Notes under the pieces: generated by a model | Databases searched by the model: none | The model's input: only the letters and a program-made list of their open reading frames with translations | Told to the model about the DNA's origin: nothing | Translations under genes and position numbers: made by a program | NCBI GenBank assembly: GCA_015233355.1 | Contig: JADFXY010000003.1 | Location: forward strand, 1 to 37,454 | Origin: Deltaproteobacteria bacterium | GTDB lineage: Bacteria > Desulfobacterota > JADFXK01 | Length of the DNA stretch: 37,454 nt | Direction: 5' to 3' | In this document: positions 26,190-35,600 of the stretch, piece after piece | Numbering within the stretch: position 1 is the first letter of the stretch | How the letters are laid out: every line of letters begins with the position of its first letter

Positions 26190-26284
26190 GGCGCCCAGCT
26201 CTGAATGGCGGCCGAGGCCCATGCGGCCCTCAAAGCTTAATATGAACGCGGCAGGGTCTGAAACTCACCCTGAGAAGGACGGTT

Positions 26285-27157
26285 ATGTATTTCCAAGACT
26301 TAATCATGGCGTTACAAAAGTATTGGGCAGATCGGGGATGTATCATTCAGCAGCCCTACGATCTGGAGGTGGGTGCCGGCACTTTCAACCCCGCCACATT
26401 CTTGCGGGCCCTTGGACCGGAACCGTGGCGAGTGGCCTATGTGGAGCCTTCCCGCCGGCCGACCGACGGCCGCTATGGCGAAAATCCCAATCGGTTGCAG
26501 CATTACTATCAATTCCAGGTCATCCTCAAGCCATCCCCGCTGGATGTCCAGGAGCAATACCTCGATAGCCTCCGAGCCTTCGGCCTGGATCTGCTGGACC
26601 ATGATGTCCGCTTTGTTGAAGATGATTGGGAATCCCCCACCCTGGGCGCCTGGGGTCTGGGCTGGGAAGTCTGGTTGGACGGCATGGAGATCACCCAGTT
26701 CACTTACTTCCAGCAAGCCGGGGGGATCGATCTTTATCCCATTGCGGTGGAGTTGACCTACGGTCTGGAACGGATCGCCATGTATCTGCAGCAGGTGGAA
26801 AATGTTTACGATCTCAAATGGAACAAGCATGTCACCTATGGGCAGGTCCATCATCACAGCGAAGTGGAGTTCTCCACCTACAACTTTGAAAAAGCCGACG
26901 TGGCCATGCTCTTCGAATTATTTAATATGTATGAAAAAGAGAGTAAAGCCATGATAGCCCAAGGTCTGGTTCTGCCGGCTTACGATTATTGTCTCAAATC
27001 ATCCCACGTCTTCAACCTGTTGGAGGCCAGGGGGGCGATCAGCGTGACGGAACGGACGTCCTACATCGCCCGAGTCCGGGAGTTGGCCAAACTGTCCGCC
27101 CGGGGTTATGTGGACCAACGAGAAACCATGGGCTTCCCGCTACTTAATAACTCGTGA
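26285..27157 (+). CDS. glyQ: Glycine--tRNA ligase alpha subunit
   Basis: [48 protein letters not shown]...[32 protein letters not shown] is the highly conserved GlyQ sequence. Confidence 0.97.
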   Translation: MYFQDLIMALQKYWADRGCIIQQPYDLEVGAGTFNPATFLRALGPEPWRVAYVEPSRRPTDGRYGENPNRLQHYYQFQVILKPSPLDVQEQYLDSLRAFGLDLLDHDVRFVEDDWESPTLGAWGLGWEVWLDGMEITQFTYFQQAGGIDLYPIAVELTYGLERIAMYLQQVENVYDLKWNKHVTYGQVHHHSEVEFSTYNFEKADVAMLFELFNMYEKESKAMIAQGLVLPAYDYCLKSSHVFNLLEARGAISVTERTSYIARVRELAKLSARGYVDQRETMGFPLLNNS

Positions 27158-27169
27158 GGTCGGAGATAG

Positions 27170-29242
27170 ATGAATAAACACGATTTACTTTTTGAGATAG
27201 GCGTTGAAGAAATTCCGGCCGGGTTTATGGCTGGGGCACTGGACTCATTGAAATCCTTGACAGCCAAAGGTCTGGAGGAAAATCGGCTCGGTTTCGGGAG
27301 CATAACCGCCATGGGCACACCCCGGCGGCTAACCGTCCTGGCTACAGGTATTCCCGAAAAACAGGAAGACATGACCGAGGAGATCACCGGCCCACCCAAA
27401 AAGGTGGCCATGGGTGAGGATGGACAATACACCAAGGCCGGGCTGGGTTTCGCCAAAAGTCAGAACGCCGATGTAGCCGACCTGAAGGTGATCACTACTC
27501 CCAAGGGTGAATACCTGGCCATCTCCCGCATCCGGGCCGGCCGGGACACCGTCGATGTCCTGACCGAAATGCTGCCTAAGGTGATTACCACCCTGCCCTT
27601 TCCCAAGTCCATGCGCTGGGGTGAGATCAAAACGGCCTTTGTCCGGCCCATCCACTGGCTGGCCGCCCTTTACGGCACAAATATCGTCCCCTTTGAAACA
27701 GCAGGGATCACCAGCGGCCGGACCATCTACGGTCACAGATTCATGGCCTCGGCCCCGATCGAATTGGCTTCTCCGGCCGATTACCTGGAAAAAACAAAGA
27801 GCGCCTGGGTCATCGCCGATACTGAAGAAAGAAAACAAATGGTGGCGGACCAGGTGTCGGAAGCCGTGAAGGCGGTCGGCGGCTCCATCTTAACCGATCC
27901 AGGTCTGCTCGATCATGTGACCAACCTGGTTGAGTATCCTTATGCCGTCTGCGGCAGCTTCGACCCTAAATTCCTGGCCATCCCCGATGAAGTCCTCATT
28001 ACGGCCATGCGGGAACACCAAAAGTATTTCAGCGTGATCGGCCCGGACAAAAAACTTATGCCCCATTTCGTGGCGGTAAACAACACCAAACCCAAACATC
28101 CGGCCATAGTGACTAAAGGTCACGAACGGGTCCTTAAAGCCAGGCTGGCTGATGCGGCCTTCTTCTATAAGGAAGATACCAAGCTGCCCCTGTCTGACCG
28201 GGTGGACGCCCTAAAAAGAGTGACCTTCCATTCCGATTTGGGCTCGTCTTACGAAAAAATGGAACGGTTCCAAAAATTAGCCGTAGCCATCGCCGACAAG
28301 ATCGCCCCGCAGGCGATACCCTTGGTCGACCGCATCGCGTACCTGTCCAAAGCCGATCTGGTCACGGACATGGTTGGCGAGTTTCCCACCCTGCAGGGGA
28401 TCATGGGCCGGGAATACGCCCGGCTATCGGGTGAACAGCCGGAAGTGGCCGATGGGATTTTAGAACACTACCTGCCCCGGTTTGCCGGCGATGAATTGCC
28501 GAAAACTATTGGCGGCGCCATCGTCAGTATTGCAGATAAAGTAGACAGCGTAGTCGGATTCTTTGCCGTCGGTCAGAAGCCCACGGGCGGCGCCGACCCC
28601 TACGCCCTGCGGCGGCAATCCCTGGGGGTGATCAACATCCTGCTGGGACTGGACCTGCACCTGACCGTTGACGAGTTGATCACCATGAGCCTGGATCAGT
28701 TTAAACCGGGGCTGGTCCCGGACCCGGTAGCCACGGCCGCCGAGGTCAAAGCATTTTTCGAGGGCCGGTTGTTCAACCTGATGACCGGCCGGGGCTTCAG
28801 CCATGACGTGGTAGACGCGGTGCTGGCCGTGTTTGGGGCTAGCCCTACGGCCGCGGCGCCCCGTATCACAGCCTTGGAGGAATTCAAAAAAATACCCGAT
28901 TTCGAGCCATTAGCCGTGGCCTTCAAACGGGTTGTTAATATCATCAAGAAAACCAATGCGGTGGCTGCGGTAAAGGCCGAGCTGCTGACTGAAGCGGCGG
29001 AACAGGACCTGTTTCGGGCCTATTCCGGGCTTAACCAGGAAGTCGCGGCGCTGGTCGGCCAGGGTGACTACCAGGCGGCCCTAACTAAGGTGGCCGGGCT
29101 GAAAGGCGCGGTGGATGCCTTTTTCGACCGGGTCCTGGTCATGACCGATGACGAGGGAATCAAGAACAACCGCCTCGGCCTGCTCAAGCTAATCGCCGAC
29201 ATGTTCGCCCTGGTCGCCGACTTCTCACGTCTTTCCGCTTAA
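27170..29242 (+). CDS. glyS: Glycine--tRNA ligase beta subunit
   Basis: 690 aa, starting 12 nt after glyQ. The N-terminus is LLFEIGVEEIPAGF. Later motifs include GTPRRL...MRWG...FVRPIHW and GIMGREYA...ADKVDS..GFFA.G..PTG..DPYALRR. Confidence 0.97.
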   Translation: MNKHDLLFEIGVEEIPAGFMAGALDSLKSLTAKGLEENRLGFGSITAMGTPRRLTVLATGIPEKQEDMTEEITGPPKKVAMGEDGQYTKAGLGFAKSQNADVADLKVITTPKGEYLAISRIRAGRDTVDVLTEMLPKVITTLPFPKSMRWGEIKTAFVRPIHWLAALYGTNIVPFETAGITSGRTIYGHRFMASAPIELASPADYLEKTKSAWVIADTEERKQMVADQVSEAVKAVGGSILTDPGLLDHVTNLVEYPYAVCGSFDPKFLAIPDEVLITAMREHQKYFSVIGPDKKLMPHFVAVNNTKPKHPAIVTKGHERVLKARLADAAFFYKEDTKLPLSDRVDALKRVTFHSDLGSSYEKMERFQKLAVAIADKIAPQAIPLVDRIAYLSKADLVTDMVGEFPTLQGIMGREYARLSGEQPEVADGILEHYLPRFAGDELPKTIGGAIVSIADKVDSVVGFFAVGQKPTGGADPYALRRQSLGVINILLGLDLHLTVDELITMSLDQFKPGLVPDPVATAAEVKAFFEGRLFNLMTGRGFSHDVVDAVLAVFGASPTAAAPRITALEEFKKIPDFEPLAVAFKRVVNIIKKTNAVAAVKAELLTEAAEQDLFRAYSGLNQEVAALVGQGDYQAALTKVAGLKGAVDAFFDRVLVMTDDEGIKNNRLGLLKLIADMFALVADFSRLSA

Positions 29243-29288
29243 TGCTAAATCCTTCTTCGCCAAACTGAAGCGCCAATGATTACCATTT

Positions 29289-29345
29289 TGTCATTCCGAA
29301 CGAATGTGAGGAATCTTAAGATTTCTCGCTTCGCTCGAAATGACA
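29289..29345 (-). repeat. Family-A 57-nt palindrome, copy A3, abutting the stop codon of the REC-HK-REC kinase
   Basis: The plus strand reads TGTCATTCCGAACGAATGTGAGGAATCTTAAGATTTCTCGCTTCGCTCGAAATGACA. Its reverse complement differs from A1 at a single position. It ends at 29345, one base before the minus-strand stop codon at 29346-29348. It lies between convergent glyS and the kinase gene. Confidence 0.85.
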
Positions 29346-31031
29346 CTATTGAGCCGCGAAGTTCGGCGCACCCAAAACGAGACGGATTTTTTTGTGCAAT
29401 TCATCGATGACGATCGGTTTAGTCACATACTCATCCATGCCGGATTCTATGCACTTTTCGCAGTCATCCTTTAAAGAGTGAGCGGTTAAGGCGATAATGG
29501 GGATATGTTTTCCGGTTTTCTTTTCCCGGTCTCGAATTTCCATCGTGGCCTGCTGACCGTTCATAACGGGCATTTGGAGATCCATTAAGACCAGATCGAA
29601 GTCCTCGCTTTCCAGGATCTCAACCGCTTTTTGTCCGTTAGCCACTAATGTCACCTGATGGTCGTACTTGTTTAGAATAGCCTCAACCAGCTTCTGGTTT
29701 ATGATATCATCTTCGGCCACCAATATCCTTAACGGCGGTATCTCAGATTCGTTTTGTTTCAACTCCGCCGCCGTCAAATGCCGGCTCGGCCCCATATCAT
29801 TATTTGACAAGCCAAAAGGAAGGTCGAAGTAAAACTCGCTGCCTCGGCCGGCCTCACTCTCCAAACGAATCTCCCCACCCATCAGTTCCACCAACCGCCT
29901 GGAAATGGCCAATCCCAGACCCGTGCCGCCATATTGACGGGTGGTGGAGGTTTCAGCCTGGGTAAACTCCTCGAAGATGGCTTTTTGTTTGTCCAGCGGG
30001 ATGCCTATGCCGGTATCCTCCACCCGGAAGCTCAAGACCATGCTGTCATTATCCATGGTTTCGGGATAAATGCCGATCTTCACCTGACCTTGATCGGTAA
30101 ATTTTATGGCGTTGTTCATCAGGTTGAGCAGGACTTGTTTTAGCCTAAGACCATCCCCGCGAAGTTGGGTGGGTATCCGGGGGTCAATCTCATAGGTCAA
30201 CGACAGTCCCTTTTCTTGGACGTTGATTCCCAGAGTCTTTATTAATGTTGTAATCAGGTTATTAAGATCAAAGACGGAACTCTCCACTTCCAACTTGCCG
30301 GCTTCGATTTTTGACAAGTCAAGGATATCATTTATTAAATCCATCAGGATATCGCTGGAATATTTGATCATTTCCAGTTTTTCGCGCAGTCCTGATGGAA
30401 GGTTCGACTGCAATAAGAGATTACTCCAACCCACGATGGAGTTCATCGGCGTGCGAATTTCGTGGCTTATGTTCGACAGAAACGTGCTTTTTGCCCGGTT
30501 GGCCTTTTCCGCCGCGTCTCTGGCCATCTTCAGCTCTATTTCAGCCAGATTTCGTTCGATAATTTCATGGTTAAGTTGCCGGTTAGTCTCTTGCAGTTCT
30601 TTGACCAGTTTTTCCAAGTCACTCTTATTTCGTATTAGTTCTTGTTTCTGGCTGTGTAATTGCAAAAATACCATTATTTTTGAGAGTAGGATTTCAGGGT
30701 CAAACGGTTTGGTCACAAAGTCAACGCCACCCGCTTTGTAGCCTTTAAAAACATGAAATTCATCGGAGTAAACCGCTGAAAGAAATATGATAGGGATATT
30801 TTGTGTGTTATGTTCGTCACGTATCAGTTCGGCCAATTCGTATCCATCCATTTCCGGCATTTGAATATCCAGGATGGCCAGGGCCAGGTCGTGATTCAAG
30901 ACAGCTTTAAGGGCATCATTACCGTTACCGGCCTTGATCACTTCAACATCCAGTTCACTTAGAATCTTTTCCAAGGCAAACAAATTTTCCGGTTTATCAT
31001 CTACAAGCAGTATCTTCTGTCTCGATTCCAT
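29346..31031 (-). CDS. Hybrid sensor histidine kinase/response regulator (REC-coiled coil-HisKA-HATPase_c-REC)
   Basis: ATG 31031 gives MESRQKILLVDDKPENL...ILDIQMPEMDGYEL (REC1). HisKA is KSTFLSNISHEIRTPMNSI and HATPase_c is LLNLMNNAIKFT...DTGIGIP...GGTGLGLAISRRLVELMGG. The C-terminal REC is RILVAEDDIINQKL...LMDLQMPVMNG...ALTAHS. Confidence 0.85.
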   Translation of the reverse strand: MESRQKILLVDDKPENLFALEKILSELDVEVIKAGNGNDALKAVLNHDLALAILDIQMPEMDGYELAELIRDEHNTQNIPIIFLSAVYSDEFHVFKGYKAGGVDFVTKPFDPEILLSKIMVFLQLHSQKQELIRNKSDLEKLVKELQETNRQLNHEIIERNLAEIELKMARDAAEKANRAKSTFLSNISHEIRTPMNSIVGWSNLLLQSNLPSGLREKLEMIKYSSDILMDLINDILDLSKIEAGKLEVESSVFDLNNLITTLIKTLGINVQEKGLSLTYEIDPRIPTQLRGDGLRLKQVLLNLMNNAIKFTDQGQVKIGIYPETMDNDSMVLSFRVEDTGIGIPLDKQKAIFEEFTQAETSTTRQYGGTGLGLAISRRLVELMGGEIRLESEAGRGSEFYFDLPFGLSNNDMGPSRHLTAAELKQNESEIPPLRILVAEDDIINQKLVEAILNKYDHQVTLVANGQKAVEILESEDFDLVLMDLQMPVMNGQQATMEIRDREKKTGKHIPIIALTAHSLKDDCEKCIESGMDEYVTKPIVIDELHKKIRLVLGAPNFAAQ

Positions 31032-31164
31032 GTTTAAACCCTTATGATGGGTAATCGTTCCTGCCAAAACGTTTAAAAATTCTACGACAAGCGCCGGGTT
31101 TTGGGAAAACCATATACTTTGAACGGTTACAAAGGACGCACGTCAAAGAGTCAATTGTACCCGT

Positions 31165-31854
31165 TCAAAGTATAGTTTTTTCCAACAACGTAGTCTTTAC
31201 TCCGGCGCGATTTCCGTACCGCGTTGCCGTCTCCAATTCAATAAGCAGCCGGGTTATTCCCGGAATCGGCAGCACGTGATCAACCTTGGTCATGTCCAAT
31301 GCCGACCTGGGCATGACGGGATGCGCCGCATGGGCCGGATCCTGAACGATTGTCAATCCCCCACATTGCTTAATCAAATGCAATCCGTAGGCCCCGTCAT
31401 GGTTGGCGCCGGTCAAGATAATGCCGATTAGACCCGATCCATAAGCGTCCACGGCGCTCTCAAACAAAACATCGATGGACGGTCTGGCAAAGTTAACCTT
31501 TTCATCGACGGACAAAGAAAAGGTTTGATCCCTTTCAATCAACAGATGATAGTTGGGCGGGGCCAGGTAGATCCATCCGGGCTGAATCTTCTCTTTTTCA
31601 TCGGCTTCTTTAGCCTTGACCGCACATCTTCGGCAAAGTAATTCCGCCAGATAATCACCCTGGGTGGGGTGCAAGTGTTGAACGATGATGATCGGCCATG
31701 AAAATTCGACGGGCAGAGGGGGGAGCAGGTCGCTCAGCGCTTCCATACCGCCGGCAGAGACGCCGATCACTACCGACTGATACTGCTCATGAATTTTGTC
31801 CCGGTCCTGTAAACGCATGTTCGGTTCTAACCCGCTTTGCGAAAAATTTTCCAT
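31165..31854 (-). CDS. cheB: CheB-type protein-glutamate methylesterase, catalytic domain only (no receiver domain)
   Basis: 229 aa. Candidate catalytic residues are the Ser in VIGVSAGG, the His in IIVQHL and the Asp in TGANHDG. The protein starts directly with the esterase domain. The ATG at 31854 overlaps cheR by 28 nt, and the alternative ATG 31818 lies 8 nt after the cheR stop. Confidence 0.85.
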   Translation of the reverse strand: MENFSQSGLEPNMRLQDRDKIHEQYQSVVIGVSAGGMEALSDLLPPLPVEFSWPIIIVQHLHPTQGDYLAELLCRRCAVKAKEADEKEKIQPGWIYLAPPNYHLLIERDQTFSLSVDEKVNFARPSIDVLFESAVDAYGSGLIGIILTGANHDGAYGLHLIKQCGGLTIVQDPAHAAHPVMPRSALDMTKVDHVLPIPGITRLLIELETATRYGNRAGVKTTLLEKTIL

Positions 31855-32645
31855 TTCTCGTCAACATCCTTAAAGTACTTCTCCACCCAGGAAAATTTCA
31901 AGCTTTCCTTACTCCCCAGAGCCAGAATGCCGCCATGGATGAGGCTTTCATAAAAGAGTTTGAGGACATGGTCTTGAAGAGCCTTATCGAAATAGATGAG
32001 GACATTTCGGCAGAGCACAAAGTGCATTTCGCTGAAGACCGTATCCGTAACCAGGTTGTGGTGGGCAAAGGTAATATTTCTCTTCAATGATTGATTTATA
32101 ATAACCGAGTCGTACCGGGCGTGGTAGTATTCCGAAAAGGACCAGCTTCCTCCCGAGCGTTGATAGTTGGCGGTAAAATCCTTCATCCGGTCGAGGCGGT
32201 ATACCCCCTGGCGGGCTTTGTCTATGGCCACCTGGTTGAAATCGGTCGCGAAAATAGTGGCGCGGTCATAAAATCCCTCTTCCTGGAGGACAATGGCCAG
32301 GGAATAGACCTCCTCCCCGGTAGCGCATCCGGCATGCCAGATCTTGACAAAGGGATAGGTTTTGAGATGGGGTATGACTTTTTCCCTCAACACCTTAAAG
32401 AACTCGGCATCGCGAAACATCTCTGTCACGGTGATGGACATATCCTGGACAAGTTTTTCGAAAAACAATTCATCATACAGCAGTTGCGGAATCATTTCAC
32501 TAACTTTTTTGAAACCGGACTTGGCCAGAAAACTCTTGACCCGCCTGGTCACCGATGCCCGGGCGTATTGCCTGAAATCATAACCATAGCGGAGAAAAAC
32601 GGCTTCCAGCAGCAGGTCGATTTCGATGTCTTGAACTTGTTGCAT
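31827..32645 (-). CDS. cheR: CheR-type protein-glutamate O-methyltransferase
   Basis: 272 aa. The N-terminal helical domain is LLLEAVFLRYGYDFRQYARASVTRRV. The SAM-binding fold is VKIWHAGCATGEEVYSLAI...IFATDFNQVAIDKAR...HNLV...CRNVLIYF. Confidence 0.9.
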   Translation of the reverse strand: MQQVQDIEIDLLLEAVFLRYGYDFRQYARASVTRRVKSFLAKSGFKKVSEMIPQLLYDELFFEKLVQDMSITVTEMFRDAEFFKVLREKVIPHLKTYPFVKIWHAGCATGEEVYSLAIVLQEEGFYDRATIFATDFNQVAIDKARQGVYRLDRMKDFTANYQRSGGSWSFSEYYHARYDSVIINQSLKRNITFAHHNLVTDTVFSEMHFVLCRNVLIYFDKALQDHVLKLFYESLIHGGILALGSKESLKFSWVEKYFKDVDEKWKIFRKAG

Positions 32646-32692
32646 GGGATAAGATCCTTTACCAGGATGGTGAGACTTCTTCCTCGTCGTAC

Positions 32693-35600
32693 TTACTTAT
32701 ATAACCAGACCCGCATCATCGACAGCAACCGGTCCACGTCCACCGGTTTAGACAGGTAATCGCTGGCTCCGGCTGCGATGCACTTCTCCCGGTCATCTTT
32801 CATGGCCTTGGCCGTCAGGGCGATAATCGGCAGCCTGGTAAATCGTGCTTGTTCTCTGATTTTTTTGGTGGTTTCATATCCATCTAGAACCGGCATCATG
32901 ATATCCATCAAAACTAAATCCACATCAGGATGTTCATTTAATAAACTCAATGCTTTTTTACCATCCTCCGCCTTGATCACGTTCATCCCCTTATCTTTTA
33001 AAACCCGGGCCAGGGCAAAGACATTCCGCATATCATCATCCACCACCAGAATCTTTTTAGCGGTGAAAATATTTTCCCGGTCATGGAGACTAATAATCAT
33101 TTTCTGCTTTTTTTCCGGCATAGTCTTGACCATCCGGTGCAAGAACAGGGCAGTTTCATCCAGGAGCCGTTCTTCAGACTTCACGCCCTTAATGATAATG
33201 GAGTCGGCAAATCTCCGCAATTCTGCTTCATCTTCCCGGCTTAATTCTTTTCCGGTGTAGACGATCACCGGCGGCAAGCTGATATGCCTTTCCTTCTCCA
33301 GTTGATTCAACAACTCGAACCCGGTCATGTCCGGCAATCCCAGGTCCAGGACCATACAGTCAAACCCGGCTTGCCGAAGCGCGGTTAAGGCTTCCCGGCC
33401 GGTGGCCGCTTCGGTGATTTTCACATCCTCTTCCCCGACCAGGTCAACAATGGCGCGCCGCAATGTTTCATCATCTTCCACGATCAACAGATCTTTTATT
33501 TTCTTATCAAGGACCTCTTCAATCTTGCCGAAGGCGTCTTCCAACTGCTCTTGTTGCACCGGTTTGGTTAAAAAACCGATCGCGCCACGCTTGAAGGCGT
33601 CCAGCGAAGTTTCTGAGGCGGAAATAATATGAACCGGGATATGCCTGATTTTAGAATTTATTTTAAGGGCGTCCAACACCTCCCAGCCGTTAATTCCAGG
33701 CAGGCTCAAGTCTAAAATAACGGCCTCCGGGATATGTTTCTCCGCCAGGCGCAAGCCGCCTTCACCTGTAGCCGAGACAAGAGCCTTAAAGCCCTTTTCA
33801 TGGCACTGGTCGCGCAATATGCGGGCAAAATTCGGATCATCTTCGATAATCAGGATACACCTGTCATCTTTAGAAATATCGGCCCGGTCATCGCTGACTG
33901 GTTCAGCCTCGAACCGTTGAGGGAAAACTTTCGATCCGGATGCTTGAACGTCTCCAGGCAAAGCGGCCCGGGCCGATTCCTCGGACGGCGACACGCCCGG
34001 CCCAACGGGTCTGACCATCTGCCGGTCAGGGCAACCCCCGGCCTCTATGGGCAGAAACAGGGTAAACGTCGAACCTAGACCAACCCGGCTATGGAGCTGC
34101 AACTCTCCACCCAGCAGCTTGGCCAGTTCTTTCGAAATAGACAAGCCCAATCCCGTTCCGCCGTATTTCCGGGAGGTGCCCCCGTCCACTTGATGAAAAG
34201 CCTGAAATACCTCGAACAGCTTCCCTTGAGGTATGCCCACCCCCGTGTCCGTCACAGATATGGCCACGGCCTCGGCCGTTCTTAAACCTATGGCCGAAAG
34301 GTCGGCGTCCGCCCGAGGCAGGGAAAAATCAACCGTGACACTCCCCTGATGAGTAAATTTAACCGCGTTGGCCACTAGATTCTTGAGAATTTGCTCCAGC
34401 CGTTGTTGATCGGTTTTGATCGCGGCCGGCAGCCCGGCATCTAAATTCAGGTTAAAGATCAATCCCTTTTCCTCAAAAACATGTTTGAAATTGGACTTAA
34501 GATTATCGGCTAGTTCGGTCAATATGACTTCCCCCACATTAATCGTCATCTTGCCGGCTTCTATTTTAGACAGATCCAGTATCTCGTTGATCAACAACAA
34601 CAGATCTGCGCCGCTCTTATAGATGACCCGGGCGGCCTCGACCTGGTCCGGGGTCAGATTTTCCTTCTTGTTGTCCGATAAGTTACGCGCTAAAATAAGC
34701 AGGCTGTTCAATGGCGTACGTAATTCGTGTGACATATTGGCCAGGAATTCAGACTTGTATTTTCCGGTTATCTCCAGTTCTTTGGCCTTCTTTTCTAAAT
34801 CTTGACCTATTATCTCCAAATCCAGATTCTTCTGCTGGATCTGTGACTTCTGTTCTTCCAGGTAGTTGTTTTTTTCTTCCAACTCTTCATTCACCACTTG
34901 TAGTTCTTCCTGCTGCTGCTTCAATTGTTGTTCCGACATCTTCAACGCCATCGTCTGCTCTTCCAATTCCTCATTGGAGGCCGCCAGTTCTTCCTGTTGC
35001 ATCTGAAGTTCCTCAGCCTGACGACTGGTTTCAGTTAGCAATTCTTGGAGTTTTTGCCGACTGGCGGCGGTGTTGAAGGCCACGGCCAAAGTACCGCCGA
35101 CCACGCTCAGAAAATTCAACACTTGATCGGAAAACTCGTTCACCGCCCCCAATTCCAGCACGCCTTTGACCTGATTGTCATAAAGAAAAGGAACCACCAC
35201 GATATTCCTGGGGAGGGTGTCGCCAAAGGAAGAGTTGATCCGGATATAATCTTCGGGGACGTTGGTGACGGAAATGATCTCCCGTTCCAGCGCGGCCTGG
35301 CCCACCAACCCTTGACCAAGTTCATAGACATTGGCCAAGCTTTTCCGTTTATTAAAGGCATAACTCCCCACAAGTCCCAGCCGCTGGTCATCCTTAGCGA
35401 TATAAACGCTCCCGATCTGGGCGTTCAGGTACTTGGCCAAAAAGCTGATGATATTTTTGCCCAGGGAATAAATGTCCTGTTCTCCGCTGATCTTCTCGTT
35501 TAATTCGGTTTGGCCGGTTTTGATCCAGTTCTGGCGCTGATTCTCGGCAGTAGTATTGCGCAGGGATTGAGTCATGTTATTGAGGGCCTGGCCCAGTTGA

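Noticed and set aside
25953-26284. T-box riboswitch in the glyQS leader
   Set aside because: I found no T-box consensus (…GGTGGTACCGCG-like) and no specifier-loop/antiterminator arrangement. The region is explained by nested repeat families A and B.
26176-26568. 130-aa plus-strand ORF overlapping the glyQ start
   Set aside because: It is out of frame with the highly conserved glyQ, it starts inside the repeat region, and its translation is Pro/Arg/Gly-rich.
32091-32759. 222-aa plus-strand ORF antisense to cheR, plus similar long antisense ORFs (3382-3927, 4933-5463, 26312-26857, 27329-27838, 30223-30741, 33734-34078, 35045-35503)
   Set aside because: These are shadow ORFs opposite strongly supported genes. 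Their translations are low-complexity or Arg/Gly/Pro-rich and contain no recognisable motifs.
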